Below are positions 1-12,179 of a stretch of 64,000 bases of DNA, one piece after another; position 1 is the first letter of the stretch, and the number at the start of each line of letters is the position of its first letter. The DNA is from Geosiphon pyriformis uo1 (taxonomy: Eukaryota > Fungi > Glomeromycota): contig JAAOMT010000617.1 in assembly GCA_016748015.1 (NCBI GenBank), positions 186,001-250,000 on the forward strand, in the 5' to 3' direction. The position numbers and the translations under genes were made by a program. Under the pieces are notes generated by a model that was not told the DNA's origin, ran no database searches, and saw only the letters and a list, made by a program, of their open reading frames with translations.

Positions 1-1001
1 GACCATGGAATGATGTTAAAAATCGTATGTAAATTCAATTAGATATAATTCGGGGAGAACGCCCTATAATCGAAAAGTATACACCTCAATGTATTCAGGA
101 AATGATTGAAAAAAATTGGGATGATAAATCGCATTGCCGTGATAGTGCAGAAGAACTTCAACAAAGAGTTATTGATGCTCGCTATAATTGTAACTTAAAT
201 GAATCTGTTTGGGAAAAAAAACTTAATTCCAAAGAGATACAAAGTGCTATCTATGATACGACAAGATATAAAAGTCAAAGCATCTCAAAACCCACATTTT
301 CTACAAATGGTAAGCTTTTCATTTATTATTATTTAATCGGTGGATGAATCTAGTTGTAACAACCTGTTACATGAAACAACCTCCAATATAGCTTCAATTA
401 GGATCGGAAATTTTATATTTTTATTGGACAAATTAAAGTTGGATCATTAATTTCACTAGAAATAAATGCAATGTTTAGTTATTGCAAAGTAAGAAATATA
501 CAAATAATTGACTAAATCTTACCTAATTTTGACATCTTGCACTATTGTGTCCTGAAAGACCACATCTACTACAAGTGTATTTTGTGCGTGGTTTTCCTTT
601 TTTTTCAGTAGCAGACTTATAATGTTTAGTTTTTCTTGTGACTTAGGCACTGTTTAAAACAAAAAAAACTTCTTGTTGTGCAAGAATGAAAGCAGTTACA
701 CCAAAAATTTTGATGTGTTTTTATACTACAATATACAGATGGCACGCGTCAAATTCAAAAACCATATGATGTTATATATGTGATTTATTTTTAATTAATG
801 AAAATGATTAATATTACATAATTTAAAATTGATCGACGAAACAAATAAAGTCACGTGTCACAATATTAAATCACGTGCTTTTCCGAGGTTGTCACAAATT
901 TTTTTTGTAACAGGTTGTTACAAATCTATTAATCCCTTAATCGGTAAGATTTTTTTTAATATAAAGGCCTTTTTTCAGAGTTGGATTTGACGTTTGGTTA
1001 A
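1..1001 (+). pseudogene. C-terminal part of a tyrosine-kinase-like (TKL) protein kinase, probable pseudogene, truncated by the window start
   Basis: Frame 3 reads PWNDVKNRM*IQLDIIRGERPIIEKYTPQCIQEMIEKNWDDKSHCRDSAEEL, matching the G.RP.I...P....L...CW..DP..RP subdomains X-XI. In-frame TAA at 30-32. Intron GTAAGC 310 to CAG 978, then a short last exon ELDLTFG* (stop 999-1001). Confidence 0.75.
342..936. mobile_element. Non-autonomous Mutator-like MITE inside the kinase intron
   Basis: Imperfect terminal inverted repeats (GGATGAATCTAGTTGTAACAACCTGTTACA vs reverse complement GGGATTAATAGATTTGTAACAACCTGTTACA). Perfect 9-bp direct repeat TTAATCGGT at 333-341 and 937-945. Removing the element and one repeat copy leaves a 65-nt intron. 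Confidence 0.85.
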
Positions 1002-1810
1002 GTTATCAATGATGGATTAACATATGGCAAGTATACGACAAGTTCTGATTAAATAGGACGAAATCAGTAAGCACTTTAATAATTATATTAATTGTTTTTA
1101 TTAATATTTAGCTTAGAACAGATAAAAAATTTGAGAGAGGAATCAGTTTTTTATTTATTGTTTAAAAATATAGTATAGACTCTCATATATAGTTTCATTT
1201 TTTAAAAGAAGTTTACCTTCATTTTCGAGTTTGAGGATTATTGACTGTAAAGCGTTTCCTTTTCAGGAAATTTATATATAAATATATTTATAATATTAAT
1301 GGGTGGTCATATGAATATTTTCATCATTGATCAAATTAATAAGAATGATTTATTGTTTAACTTGGTATTCAATATTTTGTTTCTAAAATATTGAGACTTA
1401 AAGAATTTCTTAAAAACACAACAATTCCACTTTCATATTAAATTATTACTATAATATTATACAATAAAATGGTAAGATTGAATAGAAAGAGAGAACGTGT
1501 ATTTTTTTGTTATATTTTCATAATTTATTAATTGCTTCATATATATTTCTTTAATCAGTATTATTTTTTAGTGAACCTTTACTTTTCAACGCTGAAGTGG
1601 CAGTGGCCAAAACCTACTGCATTCTTTTACCCTACTATCTGCCGCTAATATCAAGCATTTTGAATCTTTTATGCCGATTTTAATCTTTTTAGTGTCCAAC
1701 ATGCAAAAGAGTTGAAGATTTAATAGAATAGTAATGTTAATATCTTTAGTGAGGATATTCCACAATTCGTGATGGAATTTTAAAAAATTTCAAATAAAAT
1801 AGCTTATATA

Positions 1811-1842
<32 letters not shown>

Positions 1843-2507
1843 CAACCCACTTATCAACCCACTTATCATTCCTTTAACGAGCCTCGCTTTGATTTCAATA
1901 ATTTTGAAAAATCAATTTCATTACTCGGTTTTATTAAAAATGAATGAATTAAATTCCAACTTTAAGTAATAATGTGGTATGAATACCCTTTAAATATTTA
2001 AATTAAAATAAAGTTTCTTAATTAACACTTAATTGAATTGATATTTTTATGAGTTTTCATTTAGATTAAAAATAACAAAAAGTTTCAATATAATAAACAC
2101 AAATTTTTAGTCGGGCAACATAATTTTAGAGTATCTGTTTTGTATTAAGGCTTGATTCCTATTAAAAATATTGAATTTTAAAACTTTTTTTATTGGTTGA
2201 AATCGTTTTTAATCGGCTAAAATGGTTTCTATATTACATTATAATCTTTTAATAATTATTTATAATCTTTTCTTTTTAGAAAAAATCTTTATTTATTTTT
2301 TATTCAATATTTTCTTTGTTTAAATTTTGAAATTCTTTATTTGTAATATTGAATTTAAAAAAAATCTGAATTTTCAAATATAATAAGTAGTATATGTAAG
2401 AAAAAGAATAAAAAAAATAAAAATAAAAATTTTTTTATTTTTATTAATTTAATTATAATATTTAATTACATTTTTAATAATAATTAATGTAAAAATTAAA
2501 ATAATGT

Positions 2508-2510
<3 letters not shown>

Positions 2511-2573
<63 letters not shown>
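2511..2573. repeat. (AAT)n microsatellite
   Basis: Directly visible. Similar (TTA)n tracts lie near 1812-1842, 13518-13572 and 61004-61033. Confidence 0.95.
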
Positions 2574-4976
2574 TGAATAATTAATGTAATTTTGTAAAAT
2601 ATTAATTAATTTTAAGTTAATAATAATAATTAATAATAATTTCTAAGCTAAATTTAATTATTAAAAATCCTTTGTTTTTGTTTTAAAAAATATATATAAA
2701 ATGTTATAATTATAATATATTTAATATAAATATCTTTATGTATAATACTTAATTTATTATTATATATTAAAATTTTTTACAAACTATGCATAAATACTTT
2801 GTTAAGTTGTAAAATCTTTTTTTTAAGTTTTACCAATTCTAAAAAAAATCAACAAAATTAAGATAATAGTTTTAATATAATTTAAATACAAATTTTTTAA
2901 CTCTTTTTATTGGGCTTTTCTGATGAATATTTTCATAAATGTCTATTTTAAATTGGGAAGAATTTTAAAAAAAGTTTTTTGAAATCTTCTTTCTTTTTTC
3001 TAATAAAGCTTATGATTACCAATTTGCTATTTAAATCTTTTTTTAAGCGTTGTAATAATTCTTTGGTAAATTTGAGAAAAGAAGTTTTAAACCTTTCTAG
3101 AAAAACATAAAATATTTCGCAGACCAGGCCAAGCACCATCAGCAAAAGATGGGCTATTATAATCTTATTATTACTTTCACTTTTTTTCTTATCTTTAAAT
3201 ACTTTTCATAGTGCTTACTTTTTCTCTTCTGATTTTTCATAATTATGTGTCTTAAAACTTGAAAATTCATTAATAGCGATTACTCTCTCTCAAAAAAATT
3301 TTGAAAATGTTTCAAAAGGAATATCTTTATTGCTGAGAAACTTATGAATTGCTGTCGGATGAAGAGGTATAATACACTCATCTCAATTACAAATAATTTT
3401 CAAAGAGCAACTTTTTTCGTTAGTTTTCTCTTTGATTAGTGAATAGAGATAATTACAATTATTATTCATGTTTCATGTTTCATGTTTTTTTATTTGTCAT
3501 AAGAGCAAAAATTTACTTGTCTTACTAAGACAATTAACAATTTCTTTAATTCTTTAATACTGAGAGGACGAGGTGAACTAGAAATTAGTAAGGACAAGTT
3601 CAAGGGGTTACATATATATTTATATATATTTTAGGCAAATATATATGTTAACTTATGCTAAGCGAGTTAGGAATTTTTCTCATTAAAAATAAGTTTAATA
3701 TTTATTATGAAGAAATTATTCCATTGTGAATTATCGACCAGCAAATGAAACTTTGGAAGATCGAACGTTGCCATCCTGTCAATTGTATATTAAAAGCCTA
3801 GGAAAGACATTAAATGAACCTCATTCTCGGAAAATTGTTATGGTCGAAGGCTTATATGTCAAAGAAATCTGATTTTGAGTGTATCTAAATGATGATAGCC
3901 TTATTTGATATGAAAATGCATGTACTCTTCTTGATACTGTAAAATGATTGGCAAATTTCCAAGGATGAAGAAAAGTTCAGAGGTTCACTACCTTGGGCTT
4001 TTAAAGATGAGCCGAGGAATAAAAAAAAGTTAAATTCTTCCCACTAAGCAAAACTAATTTTAAATACTTGAGAGTAGTTTGATCAAGACCAGAGAGAAAT
4101 CGTTTCTTACATTAATTTGAGATGAAGCTAAATTTCGAAAGAAGGTTTGAGAAAAGCTGTGAATTAAATAGAAAAATTGAAAGAACCTTTAGAGTTAACA
4201 AGGGAATTAGAGAGAGAGATTATCAACTATGTGAATAATTCCAATAGTATTGGTAACAAGAATAAGAGTGATGATATTTGGACAAATTAAGTCAACGTAA
4301 GATAACGAATATTCATAGTTGATAAGCTAAATGATTCATTGATTTCATATTTAAATTAAAATTTTTTCTAAACTCTCAATATTAAACTTAAAAAAATCAC
4401 ATATTATCCAAATCATACAAATATCATATTTCATATATCAATAACTTGAAATCCTAGAATTTTAATTTTGCCAGATAAAAGCAAAAATTATGATCAGTCT
4501 AAATATACCATCATGTCTTTCTTATAAAATTTTTATTTTTACCATTTTGCCATTGAGTTGGCATGATAAACTTTATTGCCAAATGAATATATTACAAAAA
4601 TATGATAATGAAATCACAATTTATTTTACTCAGCATAATATTGAAAAAGTTTTTTTAATTAAGTTGTCATCTTCATAAAAACTCAATATGACCTCGATCA
4701 AAGCTGTTCCATTGAAACTTACAGTATGGTGGGTAAACTGGTCTTTTTTTTCTTATTTCAGAACTTGAGTTCAGGGAGAACGTAAAATTAAACAAGTGAA
4801 TTTTAATGAACATTCACTCGAGGTTTTACAAATATTTATTAAGTGATTATTATTATTTATGGATCATCTAATTTAATCGATAAAAAATTATGTTCGGCTC
4901 TAAGGATTATATATCAAAGCTGACCAGATAGTTCTTGGAAAAAGTTTTAAAGAAGTGAATCCAAAAAATTTTCCTA

Positions 4977-6361
4977 ATGATTTGCTACCATCCCAGAGTG
5001 ATTTTCATTTACTTAAATTTTATATTTTTATTCTGGCCAGTACAGTTTACATTTATTGGGATAGCATTATCATTTAATAACACCAAAGAGAATCTTTTCC
5101 CAAATTTAGAAAATTATAAACCCTCAACTACAATTAGTATGAGTCTGCACGAAAGTCAAAAAATTCTTCTTTTTGGACCACAGCATGCTTACATCCTCAA
5201 TGCTCTTAACGAAAGCGCACGGTTAGCCAGTCTGGCTTATTGCCTTACTGGTTTGCAAGATGAAATTTTTCCCGGAATATTAGGTAGTTGAGAAAGTTCA
5301 GGTTAAAGTAATTTTTAGGGACTAATATTTTGAAAGGAAAGACTGATTAATAAAAAATTTCTTTTAGGAAAGGTATCGTTAGTTAAAATCGAGAAAAAAG
5401 AGGTCATTTTGAATATCTATTTCCAAGGTAATGCATAATTTCTTATAATAAGAGAAAATTAGATTTGAAAAGATTTGTTTTCAATTTAAAATTTATTCCA
5501 ATCAATCGATTTTCATTTTAGGAAATATTTTGAGTGTAGATGCATGGAGACAAAAAGAATTTTCACTTATAAAACACAATGATTATGAAACGGTATTCGT
5601 TGACGCTGTGGTCTACAGACAATTCGTTTCAGGCGAAGGGAAAATTATTGAAAAAGTAAACCAAGTTATAACAATTATTAAAGCCAAGCAACAGAAAATT
5701 AGAACCATACGTTTAATCGGTCATGCATGGGGTGGTGGTAAGGATTTTTTTTTTTGAAATGACATGGAGTTTATTTAAAAAGAATTGTGAAAATGATTCT
5801 ATAAAAAAATATTTTAATTATCTCTTTATAGCATATGCCGTTTTAACAGCTCTTAAATGGTTTTCCCAAAGTGTAAGGGTAAATATACCAGTTGAAGTAT
5901 TTACTTTTGGACAACCGAGAATGGGTGAATTAGAATTTTCCAAGAAAATTAATTTATTAAGAGGTGTCAAGGTTTATCGAGTCACCCATACGGATGATTT
6001 TGTCCCTAGATTACCCAACCCTATACCACGTGTACCTTTTGTCCATCATTCTCCGGAAATTTGGATTGAAATTGAATGTGATTGTGAAAACCAAACTCGG
6101 GTTTGGTTTTGTAGTGGAAGACCTATTAATAAGGCAGCTGGAGAGATTTTAGAACATAAAGTATGTATTAAAATATTTTGTTTATTTAAATCCAGGATTC
6201 TAATTATAAATTTTTTTTTGTAGCGTTGCAATAACCAATTCGATACATTTACCAGCAACTCTAATAATGGCCCTTATTTTGGACACTTAATGGGAGTGTG
6301 TCCTACTCAGCCGAATCCACCCCCGAAAAAGCCGAAAAAGACAAAAAGACCTAGACAATAA
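4977..6361 (+). CDS. Class-3 lipase-like protein with substituted catalytic Ser and His (probable pseudoenzyme), 5 exons
   Basis: Exons 4977-5283, 5368-5427, 5522-5737, 5832-6160 and 6224-6361 join in frame with GT-AG introns. Motifs: ASLAYC, LIGHAWGGAYA (GHSxGG elbow with Ala), FTFGQPRMG, RVTHTDDFVPRLP, HHSPEIWI, SNNGPYFG. Hydrophobic N-terminus. Confidence 0.9.
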
Positions 6362-6607
6362 TTAGCTGGAGTATATTTTGGTTTAATTTTCTTTTCCAAA
6401 GTTAAATAATATTAAGCAAAGGAACAACGAAGTTTGTAGCATTAAGATTTTTATGAAAAATTGACTTTAATTGTAGTTTTTAAATTCTATAAAAATATAA
6501 TTGCAGATTTTCTTTAGAATCTCCAAATAATAAAAAAGTTTGGTAAAGAACTTTTAATAACTGGCTTTCATTTCATAATTCGATTTAATGAAATTTTGAC
6601 AATGAAT

Positions 6608-7907
6608 CTAGCTTGGACAATATCCCATTCTATGTCCAAAATAGGGACCATTATGTGCAGCATCTCCTATCTCATAATTGTCAGTGAGACCATTACAGTT
6701 CTATAAATTAAAGAAAATTTTAGAATTAAATTCTTTTATCAAGAAAAATCCAGGAATTAAATAATTTTATAGAGAAAAATTTATGCTTTTTATACACTTA
6801 CTCGACCCTGATTTGATCCCGGTTTTATTAGGGCAAAACAAATATAAACTTTTTCAGATTCTTCAGGACAGTCACAATCGATTGAGATCCAAATTTCAGG
6901 TCTAGGATGAACCCATGCAAAGCTGTATAAACCTCCAGGCAACCGAGGCACATAGTCGTTCGTATGAGTAATACGATGATATTCCAGATTAAAAGCTTTC
7001 AATGTTTCAACCATTGAAGCAAATTGAAAATCACCAAGATTTGGTTGTCCAAAAGTGAAAACTTGAAATTTTAAGTATTCAAATGTCTGAGCCATAAACG
7101 CTCCCGTGAATAGTGCGTAGGCTATATTTAAGGAGGATGAGGATATATACAAAAATTTTTCTTTTATTTTAAAAAAGAATTTGAAACAGGAATTCAATCA
7201 TACCCCCTCCGACACTATGCCCAATTATATTGATTTTTTTTAAAGTTCCTCCGTACATGGTGAGATGATGATCAACTTTTTTAGCAATGCCTTTAACCAA
7301 AGTATTACGAATAATAGCAAATTGGTTGTAAAAAGTCATGTCAACCTGTATATTAGTATTATCTGGTGGTGTACGCATATCATATTTTCTATTCAACCAA
7401 CTCTCTTTTGGAAATTCGATTCCGCTTAATGAAACCCAAACTTCCAAATCTCCAGAGTAGTTTGGCAATATTTGAGTTAGACCTGTTAAACGATATTTAA
7501 AAGATTTTTAATTTTTTAGGAATAAAGAATAGAAAATTAACAAAAAACAAATAAAATAATAATTTACTATATATTCCAGGACCGATTTCTTCCATTTGAT
7601 TATAGCAATAAGCCATGCTTGCCAATTCTGCTGCTTTGTGAAGGTAAAAAAACAATTTAGGACTAGTTTTTGCTGATAAAAGAAGTTTTGCAGCCTTTTT
7701 AGCTCCTTTATATTTATTCTTATCACTTTGTGAATTTCTTTTCCCTAATATAAATTTATCAGGAATAAGATATTGATTTTGGGAAAACTGGGATATTACT
7801 TGACTTTTCTTGATTATATGATATGCTCTAATAAAGAGAAATGCTAATAGTAAAATTGTGATATTAGTAAATATTGTAAAAAAAGTTTTCTTTTGACAAG
7901 AGATCAT
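6608..7907 (-). CDS. Class-3 lipase with intact Ser-Asp-His triad, 4 exons
   Basis: Exons 7907-7568, 7482-7204, 7121-6802 and 6700-6608. Motifs: ASMAYC, IIGHSVGGAYA, FTFGQPNLG, RITHTNDYVPRLP, AAHNGPYFGHRMGYCP. Three intron positions are shared with the neighbouring paralogue. N-terminal hydrophobic segment. Confidence 0.9.
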
Positions 7908-8869
7908 TTTTTTTTTTTTTTGAAATTTAACAATAATATTTTGAGCTTTAATAATTTTATGAGATGAACCAATTTTGAAAAAATCCTGATCGTTAAATAT
8001 TCTTGAAAAATACCGAAAAAATAGGTTAACCCGGATAAACCTATTCTGCACAAGATAAAGATAACGTGACACAAGCTTATAGATAAAATCATGCGTTTGT
8101 AAAAAAAAGTTTTATAAAGTAGTTTTAAAAAACTGAATTTATATTATAGCTTGAAATTTATATTGTACAAGTTAAAATGTATTCAAAATTACATGAATTG
8201 TGAATTAATATTAGTTTTTTTTTTTTATTGGGGATTCTTTTTTCTTTCAAATGACAAATTGATTCTTTTAAAGCAATATTATCAAGGTTCCATGGGTATA
8301 ACTAAGATATAGACGATTATGTTCATCATCCTGAGATTTTTAATTAAGATATTCAAACCTCGTTTATTAAAAAACCAAAAAATCTTTTTATTATAATATT
8401 TTGTTATTGAATTAAATTCAAAAAAAGATAAAAGAGTATTCAAATAATAAATTTATTTTAATACTATTATTTGATAATCTTAACTTGAAAAAATTAATTT
8501 GTTTCTTTTTGTTTTTTGACATTGAATACTTTTTTTTAAGTAAAATTAAGTAAAAAAAATTGAGAAAATAAATAATTCGGTGATATATATATATATATAT
8601 ATTATCATGCAACAATATAAAATTATGATTATTAATAGCAGTTCATAAAAAGTTTTATGGAAAAAGTATTTTTCATTGAAATGAGAAAAAAAATACTTTA
8701 TTTCAAGGAAATTCTATTTGAGAAACTTTTAGAGCAGTTAATTTTATTTTATTTTATTTTATTTCAAAATGAAAGATTAGAAATGATTTTATTTTTTCTT
8801 CAAAATTACGAGAATGACGAGTTATTTGTTCATTGTTAAAAAACCTAATATCTATGAAATATTTGCACT

Positions 8870-8903
<34 letters not shown>

Positions 8904-8939
8904 CCAATTTTTAGGAATTTTTTTATTGTTTATTTATTT

Positions 8940-8984
8940 ATTTATTTGTTTGTTTGTTTGTTTGTTTGTTTGTTTGTTTGTTTG
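8940..8984. repeat. (GTTT)n microsatellite next to a poly-T tract
   Basis: Directly visible. Confidence 0.9.
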
Positions 8985-9489
8985 CAACTAAATTTAAGAT
9001 TATTTAAATTTCAACTTGTGCATATTTCTTTTTTAATCTAAAATCAGCATATAATTGATATTTATTAATTGTTTAAAAAACCACGATATAAAGTAAAGAA
9101 TTTAAAAAGCGCCTACATCAGCACCAAATATTTTTATTATGAGTTGAAAACTATTTAATGATTTCTCTTCAAAAGGAAAAAAGCATTCTATTTTGTAGTT
9201 ATTAGTCCTGCTATTGTATTTATAAGGGGTAAATATGCTCCATGATTTAAAATTTTATCCTTTTCAAGTGGGAAACTGGATAAATGATTTTCTTTAAAGT
9301 ACTCCACTGAAACAGATTGTTGATAAATTAAGTGTGTAGACCACGTTATTTTAATTGTATCCTGTTTTTAATGTAATTAATATGACTCTTGGCTAATGAG
9401 AAAATATTGAAAATTCTTCAGGTAAAGTTTCTTTACATCACTAGGATATGACTATTCTAAACATGATTTTTAATATTCTATATTTTTAA

Positions 9490-10190
9490 ACAGGATTTCC
9501 TTCAAACACCAATGATATCCTCAATATATAAAAGCGGCATCTATTGCAAGTTTAAATTATTGCTTAAATGAAGATGATAATAATAATAATTAACTTTCAC
9601 CGGGAGTCTTTGATAATGCCTCTTAATTCAAAATTTTAATAAAATTTTCAAAATTCAAATTTTAAAATCTTGACATGAACTTTTATACTTTTAGTTATAA
9701 TTGAGACTGACCAAAGCATACCAAAAGTGCCAGTGGTGACATGTATTTTTCCGGAATTAAAAATTTTCTTACAAAACAATGCTTGAAAGGGGAGAGTTTC
9801 AGTTAGAGAAATTGTACGAATCTCAATATATGGTAATCATGAAATAATTTTTAAACGACAATGAGAATTATTCTAGAATTTATTTAAAACAAAAGTGAAT
9901 AAGATATTTGAAGTTCTGGATTTTAAACGCAAATCAAATTTTAATATGAAATTTATAGGACATAATATCAGTTGAGGTTATTTTACTATATTTGGAACTT
10001 TAGTACCATGTGATTTTTTTTGTATATCACTTGAAAGATAACGTTTATCAGCTTTTTAATCATATAATTATAGTATATGCTATTTTTGCCGCTCTTTTTA
10101 TGCGTAGAACCGTTTCTGTCCTCATGGTCATACATACGTTTGGGGGGGGGGGGCACCGCGAATTAAAAGTTCAGCATTTGTTAGATAGTT
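9490..10190 (+). pseudogene. Degraded class-3 lipase paralogue
   Basis: Fragments KAASIASLNYCLNE (~9530), MKFIGHNIS*G (~9946) and YAIFAALF...IHTFG (~10075-10145) are colinear with the two lipases but carry stops and frameshifts. Confidence 0.7.
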
Positions 10191-10521
10191 AAACCGCCTT
10201 TGATAATCGTGGGGGTAACATTTAAAACTATTAGATTTTTTAGCTTTTCTTGTTAGAGTAACGATATTTCATTCCACTAGACAAAAAAATATTTATATGT
10301 GGGACATATTTTGCCCAAAAAATACAATAGTATGATTCGAAATGACGTTTGATATATTATTACAATTATTATTACAATTATTATTACAATTATTATTATT
10401 ATTATTATTTCAAAAGTTATCCATCGATACTTTTTACCATCTAATAAAAAGCTTTATAAAAATATAGTCTAGAATAGTTTTAAATATTTCTCTAAATCAA
10501 ATAATACTCTACTCGGTCAAT

Positions 10522-10959
10522 CTACTTATTGAATTTGATGGGAATATCTTTTATCAAATATTGAGTATCCCAATAATTTTCTGTATACTTTGTCTTTGAG
10601 AATAAAAATTAAAAAAAATTAAAATAAAAAAAAACTTGATTAAATTGAAATAAAATTTTTTTTTTTAAAAGTAAATTCATACCTCATTATATCTCACATA
10701 ATAAGCTCCATTTTGTAACCCATTAGGTAATTTCCGCATAATCCGCTGAAACCCAGGACTTGAAGGAGCACTTTTAATAAAGATCTTGATCGTTGCAAAG
10801 TTCGAGTCCAACAAGTAGATATCCAATGAAAGAACTTGGCTTGGTAATGGTTGTTCAAATTTATAAATAAAAACGACTTTTTTGGAAGTAAGACTGTATT
10901 CTGTACCACTCGTTGGTTCATTTATGGTCAATTTGTAAGTACCGGCAAATGTATTATTA

Positions 10960-11021
<62 letters not shown>

Positions 11022-11114
11022 GTTGTTGTTGTTGTTGGTAGCATGGACGTGTATGATATTTGTCAAGATTAGGATAAAGATAAACATAATAATTTGGAAT
11101 TTGAAGAATGACAT
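10522..11114 (-). CDS. Small secreted protein A (signal peptide, poly-Asn insert, probable beta-rich domain), 2 exons
   Basis: Exon 1 (11114-10683) starts MSFFKFQIIMFIFILILTNIIHVHA. Exon 2 (10593-10522) reads TKYTENYWDTQYLIKDIPIKFNK* and aligns with exon 2 of the adjacent paralogue. Confidence 0.8.
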
Positions 11115-11658
11115 TTTTTTCGGCCAAATTGGGTTAAAGTTTTTTTTATTAATTCTTGACAGGGAGAGAATTTAATAAATTCTTCCGAAAAATACAAAGT
11201 TTCTTTTTAAACTTCTCGCGGTTCCACATATCCAAATATGGGGATTAAAGATTATTGAAACTATCAAAGTTCCACAGTTTTAAGTAGGTACACAAAATTA
11301 TGATTTAAGAGATTTTTTATAACCAGGCAAAATGCAATAGCCTTAACTTGTTGAACTATTTGGTAGAAAACCCAAGTGATAAAAGAAAAAAAATCTTCAA
11401 ATTCATTTAAGAAACTATTAGATGTGAAACTAATTACTAATAATATGATAATAGTGAACTAATGAAATTTATAAATTGCCTTTTTATTTACATTGCTTTA
11501 TCAAAAATTTTCTCTTGATAATTGACTATGAAAAAAACTAGATATATATATATATATATATACTTAAAACTCCTGATTTTGATTTGTAAAAAAAAAATAT
11601 TTGAAGAGAGTAATTTATCACTAAATCTAATTTAAAGAAAACATTTTAGAGATTAAAT

Positions 11659-12179
11659 TTAGTCATGTTTAATCTTTATATCTGTAATTAGATATGCGGT
11701 ACTCCAATAAATCCCAGTATTTTTGGTCTATAATTAGTTTAGAAAAAAGAGTTTATTACATATGGGATGAATAATAATAGACAAAATCATATGTATATAA
11801 AAAATTAAAGTTGGTTCTTTTTTACCTCATTATAGCGAACATAATAGTCTCCGGAATAAAGATCCTTTGGGAACCTACTACTGAAACGATGTTTGCCAGG
11901 TTCAGTGTCAGTATTTTCAATAAAAGTCTTCAACTTCTTTTGTTTATTAGCATCGTAAAGGTAAATATCAAGAAGGAAGATTTCATTCGGTGGTCGATCA
12001 TCAAAAGTATAATCAAAAGTAATTTTTTTTTCTTTGCTTTTGTAAACTTGATTATTTGTTGGCTCGTTTATAGTGAGCCTATATTTGCCCTCAATCGTTG
12101 GCGGTTTAAATTCATCAGCAAAAATAAAAGAGGCTAATGAAACTAAAAGAAATACGAAAAGACAAGTTTTTGAGATCAT
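11659..12179 (-). CDS. Small secreted protein B, paralogue of A, 2 exons
   Basis: Signal peptide MISKTCLFVFLLVSLASFIFA. Shares GxYxLTINEPT, LDIYL and YYVRYNE with A, and the same intron position. Exons 12179-11826 and 11727-11659 (TKNTGIYWSTAYLITDIKIKHD*). Confidence 0.85.

Noticed and set aside
2900-4300. Coding-like patches (FADGAWPGLRNI on minus; IVNYRPANETLEDRTLPSCQLY on plus)
   Set aside because: Probably decayed genes or transposons, but I could not assign a family or termini.
10851-11072. Poly-Ile ORF and other short antisense ORFs (e.g. 11811-12137, 60779-61105)
   Set aside because: They are shadows of real genes or microsatellites on the other strand.
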